Below are positions 34,856 to 55,621 of a stretch of DNA of 64,000 nucleotides, in pieces. The stretch comes from Paraspadella gotoi (taxonomy: Eukaryota; Animalia; Chaetognatha). The position numbers and the translations under genes were made by a program. The notes beneath the pieces were generated by a model. The model had not been told where the DNA came from and ran no database searches. It saw only the letters and a list, made by a program, of their open reading frames with translations. Each line of letters opens with the position of its first letter. Position 1 is the first letter of the stretch. The stretch lies in assembly GCA_051294375.1 (NCBI GenBank), contig CM119267.1, positions 751,601 through 815,600 on the forward strand. The letters run 5' to 3'.

Positions 34856-37800
34856 TCACTTTTCTAAAATCGTTTTAATCGCCTCCAACTTTTCTTTGTG
34901 CTTCTCATTTTTTTCCTTCATATCTTTTATCTTCTGCTTTAAATTTTCGTTGTTTTCTTTCAGCGCCGCAACTTCTTTCAAAGCTTCTTGCAGCGCCGAG
35001 TTCAGCTCCTCATCCGGCGCCGAAACGTTGTTGTTTCCGTCAACCGCGGCGGGAGGAAGCGGACAAACCTGAGAAGGAATAGCGGCGCTGGCTGACAGCG
35101 GGGCGGGTACCGCTGGTACCGTCTCGGACACCGCAACAGGCGCCGCCTCCCTCGGACTCGGCGTCCTACCCGGCCCCAACGAGCCCAACTTGACCGCTAA
35201 ACCTGCGTCGACGAGCGACTTCTGAAGAGGTTCGCCGTTGATGAAGAGAATGGCGATGAAGATTCCCTCTTCGGCTTTGAATTTTCGAATCTTCACCGAC
35301 GCCTTCGCCGTTTCACTCATGAAGCTGAAGACGAGTTGGGCAGAATCCGCGGACCATTCCGTCTGACCATCCGGAAGGCTCAAGCCAGAAAGGCGGCAGG
35401 GTAAGGAGTGTCGCGGCAGCTGCAAGTGTCGGTCCAAAAGAAGACGCGTTTCGCTCAAAGGAATCGAGTCGCAGTTTCCGTAGTCGATAAATCGTAGGCG
35501 AACGAGAGATTCTGAAGTCGCGTTGACGATCTCTTCCAAGACTTCCGCTCGGTACCATCCGTCCATCCAATGGGCAGCGATGAGAGCGCCCTTCGCCAAC
35601 CGCCCTTTCACCTGCGGCATTTCTTGTAGCAAGGGGCGACTGTTTGCACCGTAGGTCATCAAATCGTGCGAGAGGGAAATGAGGTCGAATGGCTCTTCGC
35701 GAATCGAAAGCCAAAAGTCGGAAGGATTGTTGAATTCGTTGATGTCGCAATCCATGGAGGGACCCTCGACCAGTTGGAGGCATCCTTGGGGCACTCTGCT
35801 CGAAACCGGCAATTCCGCCGGCGACGGAGTTGCGAGGATACGGGGCGGATTCGCAGCTGGAGGTGGCGAGATTTGCGGTGCTGTCGACGCTGAAGTTGGC
35901 TCGATTTCCGGCGTTAGGCCCAGTTGACACGGCTTGACCTCTGGCGGTACGGAAACTGGAGATGGCCGGACTTCCGGCTGTTCCACTTGAGGAGTCGGCT
36001 GCATGACAAGGGTTTCGGCGGCCGGCAATTGGGTGGCTGGAGAAGAGGAAACTTGCGCTGATTGGTAGGCGGAAGAGAGAAGAACATCCGGGGATTTGTC
36101 GGCAGATGAGAGAAGAACATCCGGGGATTTGTCGGCGGACGAGAGATGAACATCCGGGGATATGACGACGGATGTTAAGGGCAGAAAATGGGCGACGTTC
36201 ATGTCCAGACGCGACACTAAATGCTTTTTATTCGGCAACGTCTTGAGAAACTTGAGAGGAATGAGCTCATTTTCTGGATGAGCCATCTTTAATGATGATA
36301 AATCATTCTTCGACAAATCCGGGACTGAACCTAAAATTAAATCAAGACTTTTACCAAATAAGCAAATAAGATCAAATAAGATCAAATAAGATTTTAGTTT
36401 GAACGAAGAATGGTCGGGGCGTGTTTAGTAACTTAAATTTTAGGCCTTAAAGTATATTAATGAAAATTTTTTTTTTTATAAAATAAAATGCCTAAATTAC
36501 CTTCTGCGTAGGTGCATTGAAAGCACAGTCTCGGCACACGATTGATCTCTTCAGTCGAAGGAAACGCCGCAGTCAACGGAACCCTCGTCTCGTTTCCATA
36601 ATCCACGAAACGAAGTAAGAGGGCGCCGGCGTCGACGTCCAACACCTCGGCGCGATAAAAGGCGCCCTCGTACTGAGCCAAGACGAGTTGGCCCAGCGCC
36701 GGCACACCTCCGGTTTCCCCGAAAGTCTTGGAGGCGACGACGGAGGCATTGATTGACGGTTCTAGCGTCGAGCAATTCACTTGGAGGCAACTTTGGTTCT
36801 GGACACAGAAATCCGTTGGCGAGGAGTAATTGCAGAGAACCAAATTGTCCTCTATGGGAAAGGGCTGCTCCTGCAGAGTGAAATAAGCCGGATGCGATAT
36901 CGGCCTCTCGGGCGAGACTGAAGGACCCTTGGGCTTGAGATGACCCTGTTCGCCCAAAGTGTCCACGATCGACGAACCTTTGAGGTCCATTATGTTGACC
37001 AAAATGGGCGCGTCGGCGGTTCGGCGTTCGGCGTTGCCACTGGCGACGCTCATATCGAAAGTGGGAGTGGGATTCTTGAGCCAACTGAGAACGTTGTCGG
37101 CGAGAATCGATCCGGAGATGCTGTATTTGCTGGAGGAGAGTTTGACGGGGAAGCAGAGACGAGGGAGTCGACTCAACTCTTCGGAAGCGAAGCGAAGAGA
37201 TTTTAAAGAAGCCACTTCTCGATTTCCGTAGTCGAGAAAGAAGAGTTCGACAAGATCTCCGTCAATCCCGAGGACCTCGGCTCTGTAGTAGAGACCGTCG
37301 TCGAACAAGGCCAAGAGGAAATCGCCAACTTGGACGGACTTTGGTCGCCCCGTCTTCATTTCCGCGATTCCCGCCTCCAATGTGCTGAGGACATCGAGCG
37401 ACTCAGGAACGATGACTTGAACGAAAATCTCCCCCAGATTCTTTAATTCGGTGATGATGATTTTCACGGTTTCTCCCAATTTTGGAACGAATGTGCAAAG
37501 CGGAACGGAATTGGCCGAACATGTGAATTCTCCCTTCTTCTCGGGATTAGTGACCGGGATGGGAGGCTGGACGCAATGGGAGGCGGAAGCGGCGCCGCCA
37601 GTGGCCGCAGGTGGAGCATCACTGAGAGCAGCCGTACCACCGTCGACATCGGCCGGAGCAATGACGCCATTTACATTCAAGGATTTAGGCGTAAAGCTGC
37701 ATTGAGATTTATGCCGCGTCCAATCACGCCTCTGGCAATCGGAGGAGCAATAAGGCGCCTTGCAAGAACCACATTGTTGTCCAGCGGGAAACGAGCAAGC

Positions 37801-38229
37801 GACGCATTTGCGATGATATTTCAGGGTTGACGTCGCGCCATTCGATTCCATTTCGGACTTAAATCTCGCTCTCTCTCTTTCCGAGATGCTCATCTCCAAC
37901 CGAAGAGAATGAGTCTCGTCGATTCGCATCCCGTTGAGACCCTCCATCGCCGACTCCGCCTCTCGAAAGGATCCGTAGGTGACCCAGAGACGCGATTGGT
38001 CCGGACGAAGATTATCCGTGGATCGAGAGATCTCCAACACGGAGCCGTAGTCCGCGAAAAGATCCTCAAGGAAACTCGTCTTGCAGGAGCGAGGGACTCC
38101 AGTGATGTAGAGCTTGATGGGGACATCGGTGGAGTCCCTTGACAGAAGACGGACCTGCCTGTCATCGCCGATCGTCCCGTTTTGTTGAGCATGAAGATGA
38201 CGAACTGAGGTGACGTCGAAACCAGACAT
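34856..38229 (-). CDS. Vreteno/TDRD1-like protein: RRM + MYND finger + three extended Tudor domains + C-terminal coiled coil
   Basis: KLYITGVP..LFADYGSV..WVTYGSFREAESAMEGLNG (RRM); CVAC..CGSCKAPYCSSDCQRRDWTRHKSQC (MYND); three YRAEV..F.DYGN Tudor motifs; two large exons (~38229-36501, ~36330-34856). Confidence 0.85.
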
Positions 38230-38984
38230 TTTTTATTAAGTAAAAGATAAATCTAGAAAATAGAAATCGAAATGACATGCTTTGTTCTTTATCCAAAAAA
38301 AGAAGATAGCAATGCTCGGAAGGCGGCAACGAATAAATAAATAGGTGTCAAAGTCATAAATAATATACATAATCCAAAATATATTCCGTAGAACAAATTT
38401 GCTTTTAAAAACTACGTGTAATCCTAAACTATCTATAGTATTTTAAACTTCAATAAACATTTCACCTTAGTAACATAAAAACCAAACAAATATGTTCTTT
38501 ATAAAAAAAAGCTTAATTAGTTAATACTATCTCCGAGGACACCATTGCAGAAAAAGTACCCATAATCATCGTTATCAATCGCTTCAAAAATAAAACAGAT
38601 TTGAAATTCTTGATTAAAACCAAAGTCGTACAAATCAAATCATAATTAAGCTGTTACTTTACTGATTCACGATTTAGATTTAATCCAATTTAACTAAATC
38701 CACAAAATATAAATCATCGAAATGACGCTTTCGACTAAAAAGGAAATAAAGTTATAAGTTGTCAACGGAAATAAACTATTAAGCGACTATTAAACTGAAA
38801 AGACGTCGCAGAATGTAGAATACAAAAACGCAGAATGCATTATTTCCAACTGAGAATGCAATATTGCAGAATGCAGAGTACTGAAACGGCGACGTGGGAC
38901 TAAAAGATCGAAGCAGCGGAGATAAAATCATAAACAGAAATCGGGATTCTTCAAAATCAGGAGATCCAAGTTTTAGTCGTAGAT

Positions 38985-39296
38985 GGGAGGAAGAAGGAAG
39001 AGAAAGAAAGGAAGAGGATGGAAGAAGGAAGAGGAAGGAGAAGGAAGGAAGAGGAAAAGAAGGAAGAGAAAGGAAGGGAGAAGGAAGAGAAAGGAAGAGA
39101 GAAGGAAGAGGAGAAGGAAGAGGAAAAGGAAGGAGGGGCAGGAAGAAGAAAGAGGAAAAATAAAAAAGAAAAGGAAGGAGAAGAAAAAGGAAAAGGAGGA
39201 AGTTAGAATGAAGAGGAGGAAGATGGGGAAAGAGAGGAGAGAAGTTAGGAGGGGTCGGAGGAAGGGAGAAGAGAAGGAAGGAGGAAGAAAGAAGAA
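38985..39296 (+). repeat. ~310-bp almost pure polypurine (GAA/GGA) tract
   Basis: Read directly; immediately downstream of the RETREG stop codon, so polypyrimidine in the transcript. Confidence 0.9.
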
Positions 39297-39297
39297 A

Positions 39298-42200
39298 TCA
39301 AAGCCCCTCTTCACGCATAGCGGCTTCGAGGAGGGCACGGTCGTCTTGGCCTGGAAGAGGAAGATGAAGATGAAAGAAAAAAAGGAACCTAAGACAAGGT
39401 TTTCTGTTTTTTTTTAATTTAGTTTTTCGGGTTTGTCATTTTGACATAAGTTCTCACTCCGGACTTTTCCCAAATATCAAATACTCTTTTCATATGTTGC
39501 TCCACTGTTATTGTTTTTTAATGGGGTTTAATTTTTTTTTTTAAAGCAAAAACCAGGAAAAGCGACAACGGCTGCTGCTCTGCCCTCACCCGGTGCGTCG
39601 ATGATTTCGAAGCCGGAATTCTCCTCGGAGGAAGAGGAGGAGGCGGGCGTCCGGCGCCGAGAATTTCCGTTCGTCTCGTCCAAGAGAGCGTCGGCGATTT
39701 GCGAGCGGAGAGAATCGCTGGTAAAAGTTAAAGAAACATTATATACATTTTAAATTAAGGAAATTTAAAATATATGAGCGAATATCAAAATTGAATCGTA
39801 GAAAAGCAAACCTAGAGGTGAAAGCGTAGTTTTGCTGATTTCTCGCGGCGGTGGACGATCCGGGGTTGTCGGAGAAATTCGAGAGGGTTTGTTGAAGTCG
39901 AGCCCCTAAAGTGACGAAATAGTATTTATAGAGAAAAAGACAAGCATACAGTAACAACTTATCGAGAAAATAAGCAAGCAATCATGAACAAAACCTGAGG
40001 AAGCAATGAGATCGGCCCCGGCCGCCAAGAGGCGGGCGTTAAATCGGTCGCTCGACTCAACCGGGTCGACGGACGGACGGGCGACTCGACGATCAACTCG
40101 ATGGTCGATCGGTCGTTCGACTGAGCGATCGATTGATTCACCACCGATCCAACTACGAGAACTTCTGAAGGGCCCAAACAATTATTAATAGATAAATTTA
40201 TCAAATACTATAAATAGTTTTTGTTTTTTGTTAAATGTTATGTTAAAAATCGGAATTCCTTATAACCTACCTGCTGGGCGTGATTGAGGGCATCCTCGAA
40301 ACGCCCTCTGGCAGAAACTCCATGAGACTCGAATCGTCTTCCTCGTCGCCACTCGCTTCGCGGGACCAATCGGGAGTCAGACCAGTGGCTTCGTCAGCGG
40401 AATCCTCCATCTGTAAACATAAGTTGAGAACATTATAAACCATAGTACTCTTTTTTTTTTTTGACAATTTGTTTAAAAATAATATCAACGGAATAGACTT
40501 ATTGACGAAACTTGGCTGGCGAAGTGAAGTGGTTGCTCGTCTCATTCACGAATCATCAGAAAGCCGAGGGACCTCAACAATGTCAACATACAACCTCAAG
40601 GAACTACGAATTCTATTACTATTATTCAAATAATATATGAATCATTGAATATTCGTAATCGTATCCTTCGTCACCTTTGTCATTGTCGTCGTTAATAAAA
40701 CTATAGTATAGTCAACCCAATACTTTGCCTTCACTTATTAATTACCCTCGTCAAGGATATCAAACGCCTTCACCGTGTAGCTCCACCCTGTACTTGCTTT
40801 CAAAAATCTTAAAAATCCAGACCCTGTAAAATGGCCACTTTTTTGACCAGTGATGCAGTATAGACTGAGCAAAGCCTTACCACCTTCTCCCCAATAACCA
40901 CCTTCTCCCCAATAACCACCTTCTCCCCAATAACTCCCCCCGCCGTCTCCTCGTCCCGCTCGTCGAAGGGCATCAAACCCAAATCCTGAAGGTCTTTTTC
41001 GGTCGTGAAGAGGGAAGGTGGCGCGGAACGTCGGTCTCCGGCGCCGCGAGACGCCAAGTGTCGGTCTTCGGCGCAGCGAGTGGCGGAATGTCGGTCTCCG
41101 GCGCCGCGAGACGCCAACGCAGTCGCAGCGGCGTCCAGGACGAGGTGGGAATCGACGAGACGGTGACGTCCTTCGTCGCGAAGAGAGGAGGAGTTGAAGG
41201 CGAAAGAGTCGGCGTCGAAAACGTCGGTATCGTCGTCGGTCCCTTGGCCGACATCGTCGTCGATGTCGGGCAGAGCGACGTCGTCGTCGTCAACTTCGTC
41301 GATGTCGTGAAGGCGCGAATCGGAATCGAAAGGACGGACGCCGCGCATGCGCTGAAGAAATCAATGGAAGATAAGAAGGAAAGGTGATCGGATTGATCAT
41401 TTGTTTTCTGCCAGCCTCACTTTAAAACTCATTTGCCTATTACGATTATGAAAAAAGAATTTAATATTAAATGTTTATTTCCCACCGTCGGTCATCATAT
41501 AATTTCCGTTTTACAAGTTTGAAATATATGTAGTACATTACTGGCTCTACCAATCATCTGAAATTATATTAATCAAAATGTTTCTTTACGACCGTATTAA
41601 TGCTCATGTATGAGGGAAAAATCAAATTTTTACCGACCCAAACTGCAACAACATCCAAACTCACCCTCTCCCCCGCAGCCCCTCCGCTTCCAAAAGGTCT
41701 CCTCTTGATGTCGACGGCGAGATCGAACTGCATCAGCAGCGGCGCGAATCTCCGCAGCAGTCGATGATGGAGTCGATGGTGAGCGAGGGCGGGTAGGGTG
41801 AGGCAGAGAAAGACGCCGAGGGTAAGGACGGGCATCGGAAGGATGGCGTCGCCAACGAAGTAGCCCGCCAGGCACGCAGAGGCCGAGGCGGCGCAGAAAC
41901 GGCCGCGGCTCTCCCATCGGAGACGCAAGAGGCGCTCGTAGCCGTACTCGGCGTGTAGCCAAATAGAGGCGAGGCTCCGTGCCAAACGGGGCACGTCCAA
42001 ATCGATGGGTCGATGGGCGGAGGAAGTGGAGGGGGCGGCCTCTTCGGTGGCAGAGGAGGGAAAGGGGCGGGCGCCCCAAAGGCCGGAATGACGAGCGAGG
42101 TTGAGGGATTTGCCCAAGAGGAGAGAAGAAGAGAGGAAGAAGAAGAAACCAAAGTTGGGGACGAGGACGAGGAAAGCAACGACGACGACGACGACGACCA

Positions 42201-42345
42201 GGCTGGAAAGTGGGCGTTCCCAACAAGCGAGAGATTTAAAGTCGATCAACAGTCTTTCGTGCGGGGATAGGAATTCCTCCAAACGATTCTCTTTAGATTT
42301 TCTCGTCAGGAAAATTTGTTCTTTGGTCAAAAATAAGGAAGCCAT
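39298..42345 (-). CDS. Reticulophagy regulator (FAM134/RETREG family), multi-exon
   Basis: Reticulon-homology motifs LACWERPLSSL and RFCAASASACLAGYFVG; acidic middle region; C-terminal LIR-like SEENSGFEIIDA (~39595-39635). Start codon tentative. Confidence 0.82.
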
Positions 42346-42655
42346 TGTCGGCTTTTTTCTTTTGTCGGTTTGCACGTCGGGCTGCACGTCGGGCTGCGCG
42401 CCGGGCGGCGGGAGACAAACATTGAAATAAAAGAAACGAGAAATAATATAAATAAAGTAAAATAAGGCCAATAGGGGCCGAGAAAGAGTTAATTAAAGTA
42501 TAAAATGTAAACGGCGATAAAAAAAAAAGCGTTAAAAGTACAAACTTGTAAATAAAAAACCAAGAATATCTCCAAAAAAATTAATATTGATCTAAAAGTA
42601 AATCTGTGTTGACGTCGCCATCGAATGTCCTTCAACGAAGCCACAAAAATAAGAT

Positions 42656-44088
42656 TCATTCTCCTTTCTTCGCTTTTTCCGCTTTTAGCGAATATCCCTT
42701 GGCTTTGATAACTCCTCTTCCTTTGGCCATGGCGACATACCTCACCACCCAAGCCAACTCCCACTCCTCCTCCTCTTCCTCCTCGTCCTCAAAGCCGCCA
42801 ATCGCCGTCCTCAACTCGTTGGTGGAGATAATCTCCTCTTTGTCCCAGTGCATCATGAGTTGGAGATCCTCGTCAGAGGCGAAAGCCTTTAAGTCCGCGG
42901 GGACGACGCAGCAAGACGATGAGGCCACCTGGAAGATGCTGGGCTTGACGGCGACGGCGGCGTGGAACGCCTTCAGGCGAGAGAGGCGCATATCGGCCAC
43001 GCCCACTGAGAGGACGCGGCCTTGGATGACGAGGGCTTCCACGTCCGACCAGGCGGAAAGGAGAGACGATAAATCCTCGTTATCGACGTCGTCGTCGTCG
43101 TCGCGGAACGAGACGACGAGCACATCGACGAAATTCAAACTGAACAAAAAAAAAAAAAAAATGAAATAACAACTACTAACAACAACAACAACAACTGACC
43201 TTAATCTCTCCATGACGAAGTTAACTGCTTCTCCGACGGAGACAGAATTCGACGGCGAAGGAAGAAAAAGTTTAATTCTAAACTTGAGAGAATTTCGATC
43301 GACGATGATTCGGTTGTCGTTTTCGTCTTTGGAATCGAAAGAGGAATCTTTTCCATTGATGCTGTAATCAAGAATATCAAGTAGAAAAGTTGAAAAATAA
43401 CAACGGAATAGACCTATCGATGGACTTGGTTGGCCTAGTGATGTCATTGCTCGTCTACTTAACGGAATAGGCCTATCAACAGACTTGGTTGGCCTAGTGA
43501 TGTCAATGCTCGTCTCCTTAACGAAATAGACCTATCAACGGACTTGGTTGGCCTCGTGATGTGATTGCGTTTCTCCTTAACGAATCATCAGAAAGCCGAC
43601 GAATCACACAACTGACCAATGACCGACAGAGAGACTAAGGGGTCGACGGCCAACATTGCCGAGGGATCTCAACTTACAAACTCAAGAAACAACCCTTCTT
43701 TAAATAATTGATAATCAACTAAATAACGTTTGTTAGACATAAAATTCATAGTCATGTAGTCACATGATCACAGCGAAATATACATAAAAAGAAATTCACT
43801 GCGGCGCAACACATTGGATGGACCGATCTTGTTTCATTAAACGACGACGATATAATGGAGGCCGACGAATAGATTGAGATTTAATCACCTTTCGTCGGTT
43901 GAGTCTTGACGATGACGCCAAGCCGACAAAGTGTCGGCCAAGCAAATCTTCAACTCTTCCGAAGAGGACAAGTTGGTCCTGCGTCGAATGCAGTCGCGTC
44001 TGACGACGTTGCCCGTGTCGACGAAGAGTTGGGAGACGGAGGATGCGGAGTGCGAAGGTTGACAGATCACGGTCGAGTCGAGGGACAT
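42656..44088 (-). CDS. GCLM: Glutamate-cysteine ligase modifier subunit, three exons
   Basis: LFVDTGNV..SEELKICLADTLSAW; VKPSIFQVASSSCCVVPADLKAFA..LQLMMHWD; WVVRYVAMAKGRGVIKAKGY. Confidence 0.92.
43400..43690. repeat. Three tandem ~58-bp units, part of a dispersed family (also ~40485-40610 and fragments at ~1760-1790 and ~2130-2145)
   Basis: ACGGAATAGACCTATC..GGACTTGGTTGGCCTAGTGATGTCA x3, followed by ACGAATCATCAGAAAGCCGA, which is shared with ~40548-40568. Confidence 0.8.
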
Positions 44089-44239
44089 CCTTAGGTTTCT
44101 TAAAAGCGAAGAACTTCCCTTTAAAAAACGACTATTCTTTTGAAAACTGAACCTAATAATTAAAAATAAAAATGAAATAAGATTGGTACAGAATCCCATC
44201 TGTAATAAAGATTATCAATCGAGAATATAACAATTGATG

Positions 44240-50390
<6,151 letters not shown>

Positions 50391-50664
50391 GTCTCGACTC
50401 TTTTTTGGGAATGAGGAGCAAAAAATACGATCAATTCGTCAATAATAATAAAAAACACAAGAGAAAAAAATTGGATAAAACATTTTTGTGAAATCTTGTA
50501 AAGAGTCGATATGAGTCGAACGCAAAAAACAATTTAACGCTAGAGGGAGAGATAAGTGAACTAAGATGGACGCGGAATGGAATGAACCGGATTGAACCAG
50601 AATCGAATAGCGATGGTTGAGATCTCAGAACCCGACGGAAGAGGCGCTCCATCCCCACCGAGTA

Positions 50665-53600
50665 CTACAATAGCCTCCCTCGGCAGTTGGTGGCCCCGCA
50701 GTAGCAATAGAGGACCTTGCCGGGAACGCTGCCGACTTCGTAGTTGTAATCCCAGGTGAGTTCGTTTCCGGCGCGAATGTGACGAATAGAGAAGAAGGCG
50801 ACCCAAGGAAATCGGAGATCGTGAGTATCGATGAAGACGTTTTGAACGAAAACATTCGGATCGCACGAGTGATTGAGGTAGCGACCCAAATTCCCTTTTT
50901 TCTTCGCGTTCACGACGTAGATGTTGTTCGAGTCTTCGAAATAATCGCGAAGAGACTTGCGAGCCTGAGGGAAAACAAATCTTTCAAGTATAAGGATCGT
51001 CTCAATCGCGTACAAAAATGCGGGATACATGACAAACTTTGATACAAAAAAACTTTGATTAATATATATAAATATAAATAAATAAGGAATGAATAAATAT
51101 AAAAATAAAATAAAATGAAATAAAATTAAATGAATTGAATAAATAAATTAAGTTTATTTAATTTAAATTAATGAAAGAATTAAGATAAATAAATTCATCA
51201 CATTTTTTTTTTGAAAGAGAGAGAGAGACGTAACTTTCAGCCGCTGCAGAGCTCAACTTGTTTTTGGACGAATCAGAAAAGGCAGCGACTGAGAGAAAGA
51301 GAGAGAGAGAGATCTGCCCACGATCATTAGCGGTAAGCAGCTGATCAGATCACTAATTAATTAACTAATAAATTACAGAAGGCTTCATATTATAAAATGT
51401 GGTACCCCTTTTTTTGTGACCAGAATACGTTCCGAGAAAACTACTGGACTAAATTTATTGAAATTTAGTATGAACGATCCCTATGTGAATATAAATAGAA
51501 CTATCGAGGCAATTTTAATATTTGACCCCTGAGCCGAGATATGGGGCCCCGGAAGGGTCACCCTTAGAGGCAATAAATCATAAAAATTTTTAAAAATTTT
51601 TTTTCATTATTTTTGTTTTGAACAGTTGCATAGACGTTTCCTTTTCCACAAAAACGTATAATTACCTCAGAAATATTAGTTTACCTTAATTTTCAGCTTC
51701 ATGTACATCAGCAGTTCAAGTCAGTTTTGGAATAATTTAAGAAAATTGGAAGTAAAATGATGAACCATGCATCTTCAAACTATTCTTAATTATTTAATAT
51801 TTTTCAATTTTAGTTTTAAAATGTTTTTTATACGTTTAAAACATAAATCCACCTGATGCCACTAAAAAAATTTCAAAAAATGAAAACAAATTTTTAAGTT
51901 TTTTTGGCCCCCCAGGGGTCCACCCCCAGGGCCCTGTATCTCTTGTCAGGGGTTGAATATTAAAATTTGCCTCGATAGTTCCATTTATATCGTCATTAAG
52001 ACTAAATGTAAAATTTCATGAAATTCAATCAGGTAGTTTGGTAGGAACAGATTCTGGTCACAAAAAAGGGGTACCACATTTTATAATATGAAGCCTTCTG
52101 TAAATAATGAATTAATATTAATTTTTTTTATTCGCGTCAAAATCGTTTTCCACTTTGTGTCGCCTCTCAATAACAAAACAACAATCTCGGTCACAAAATT
52201 AATTAATTAAAAAGACAATTGATAATTAATTACTAATTTATTAATAATTAATTAATTAATGCAGCTAGAATTTACATTTAATATAAAGAAAGAAAAATCA
52301 TAATCAAATAGTGAAATAGATTTTTTGTTTTTTATATTTTAACTCATTTCCACTTGGACGATTCCATCGAAACTTCGATTCCAACCATTTCCAGCTTCAT
52401 CACACACTTTCCTACCCACATACAAAATTTGAAGTCAATCGCCCCATCCATTCATGAGTAATTGGCGTTCAAAACTAAGGAGGGACGAATGGACATACGG
52501 ACGGAGGGACATAATTTTTTTTGCATAATTTTCTATAATTCGATGTTCTGAAATGATATAAGTGACTTACCGACATGACAATGGGTGGCGACCGACAGAC
52601 CGACAAAGTGAATTATAGAGCCGAGATCTGCTGTAAGCAAATCCGGCTAAAAAGGAGAGATAATGAAATTTTAATAAAGTTTATTTAAAACTCGTTCCGT
52701 CATTATGGGTTAGTTAACCAAGTTCGTTTTAAGAATTTCATCTGCGTAATATTGTAGTAACCTGAGATCGTTCTTAATTTTATTTGCATAAAACGTTTCA
52801 ATTGAATAAATATTACTAATAGATTATCATCTGGTTATATCTTCCCCAGACCTCTGCCCTCTTCTTCGCGACGACGGCGACGTTGGGATTGGGGAGATTC
52901 TTGAGTCTCGAGGGTTTCTTCTTCTCCGTTTCTCCGTCAGAGTCTCCGTCGAGGACAATCTCGTCGTCGTTGTCGTCGTCGTCGTCGTGTGGCGCCCGGT
53001 GACGTTGTCGCCCGCGCGTCGCCCGCTTTTCAGTCGACCCGGTGCCCGACGCTTGGTAGTAGGACTTAAAGCTTTTGTCTCCGTTCTGTTGAGGGGAGGG
53101 CGAAGGCGAATTTAATTAAATTATTATTATATTACGGAATTAGTGTTTTTTTACTGACAAGAGCGAAAATATATAGCAATTACAATTCGTGAGAATTCCA
53201 AATAGATATCCGAGTGGTTGGAAAGAAAGCGATGGAAAGGATTGTTTTGGCAATTATGTTATGTATGCCTACATGTAAACAAACGACTAAGGCTATTAAA
53301 GGGTTACCGTGCAGAATCGTATACTATTAGAAAGACAAATACTATTAAGTTTTCATAAAATTTAAGGTGATTTTAAAGTCTCCAAGCCCGTTTGCCTCTT
53401 TAGTCTTTACCTTTTCCGTCTCCTCTTCCTCCTCATCTTCTACATCCGATCCTTCTCCACTATCTCGATTCTCCGGCTTCAATTCTTCCTTTTGTCTCTC
53501 AACGACTTCAATGTGATCCAATTCAGCTAGATATTCGTCGCCCTGATTGAACCCGTCCACGTTGGCCTCTTCCTCCGAGAGCAGCAGGCCCGTGTAGACG

Positions 53601-55525
53601 CAGATAAAGCAGCCTTTGGGTAAATCGTCCAGGCAGCGCATGCCCCAACCTCGCCGCTCTGAAAAACGAGGAACGGGAAATGCCAAGGTGTGTACTGTGT
53701 AGTAGTATTATTTATCTTTTTACGTTATCGCATGCCTTGGTGATTCCTTTACTATACATAATACAAGTAGTATGAAACGTGTGTGCAAGGAGGGTCTCAT
53801 GGTACAGCACCTATCTGCAAAGTATTAATCTAAATTATTCGGGTTTAAATACGAATAATTTGCGTAATACTAAGTAAGCCCGACCAACGGATAAAGAATA
53901 GATCTCAAAGTTACTTCGCGAAAACTCACGGCGAGACTAATGACGTGTGGCAATTCTTGACTTGTTGGTCATTAGTTAAGTGCAAATAAATAGTTTTAAA
54001 GGAAATATGACCAGAAATTAAAGAAACAAACTGACCCGTCTTGAAGACCTGCAGACGAATGGCCAATCCCTGCTGCGCCACTCTGTTGGTGCATCGACTG
54101 TCACAACCGCATCGACTGTTGCATTCGTAGACGCCGGTTGCCAGTTGCTCGTCGAGACGACGATAACGATAACTGATAAGAAAAGAAAATCAACTGAAAA
54201 TAATAAATAAATAAATAAATAAATAATAGTAAAAGACAATCCTTTTTTTTAGCTACTTGTTCTCGAAAAATTAAACCTCTTCAAAAAATGGATAACGTCG
54301 TTAACGAGAGACGGGGACGCCAACCGAGATTGTGACATACACTCTAAAAACTAATAACTAATAGTAACAGAGAAAGAGGAGAGAGGAAGGGTTTAGAGAG
54401 AGAGAGACCGATCGTAAGTCGCCTCAAAATGTTAACACGATACTCAAGAGGCTGGAAAGGAATCCCAATTAAAATCAAAAATCATTTAAAACAGTTAAAA
54501 AGCATCAGTAATAAATACGTCTCTGTATGATCTTCATCAAGAAATAGTCTCCATCAAAATTTGTATTATCAATTATAAATGATTAATTATAAATGATAAA
54601 AGAAACTAAAAGGAAAAGATTGAAGCAAAACTAACCCGATGTCCTCGTTGGGCCGCCCATCCCGATCCAAAGCGGCGGAGGCTTCTATCGTGAGGCGTCG
54701 ACAGGCGCATCGGCTGGAATCTCCACAGAAATCAGTACAATCGCATCCGACGAGAAAAGAAGGATCGAGATTGAGTTTGACGTCGTCACCCGGATGTCGA
54801 CGAGTAGAGTATTCAACGTAATCCGGGTAGAGACGATCCAATCCGTTGACGCAGGAGACGGGGACGGCCTCGTTGCCGTAGGAAATGTCCTTCACGTCGC
54901 AGAAGGTGTTGGCGGGAATGAATTCGAATTGAGTGTGGACATTGGGATCGAAACAGAAGAGATCGATCGTCAACGAGGAAGAAGTCGTCGCTAAGAATTC
55001 CAAGACCTCGTCGAGACTGCGCAGGCGCCGAGCGCAGGGAGCTCGATAGTCCACGTGTTTGCGGACGGAGGCTTGGGTCGGTTTGGCGATCTGTCTCTCC
55101 CATCCGCAGTAGATGGGCACGAGGAGAGGATTGCATCCGCGATGTTGTCGAGGATCGTCGCCTCCTTCTCCCAAGCATCGTCGGTCGCAGCGATGAGGAA
55201 CGAATTTCTTGCGGATCCAATCTTGGCTGATTCGTTGAGGCTGCTGCTGCGGCTGCCGAGGAGGATGCGGCGGCTGGTAACGCTGGTCCTGCTGCGACGA
55301 CTCCTGCTGTCTTCCGACGTAGTAGGGAGAAACGGAAGAGGGCGTTGGAGAGTAGAAGTCGTTGATCGTTTGATAGATGTGCGGGTGAGGAACGGACGGA
55401 AGATGGCGCTCGACGGACGGGGATTTCGACGATGAACCCGACGAATTTGATGATGATCCCGATGTTGTGCTTTTCTTAGCGACGTTTTTTTTGGATTCGT
55501 GAGACGAAGACTGTTGAGTTCGACC

Positions 55526-55621
<96 letters not shown>

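Noticed and set aside
40545-40570. CTGATGA on the minus strand here and at ~43585 as further hammerheads
   Set aside because: No helix II closed by GAAA followed by a cleavage triplet in the right geometry.
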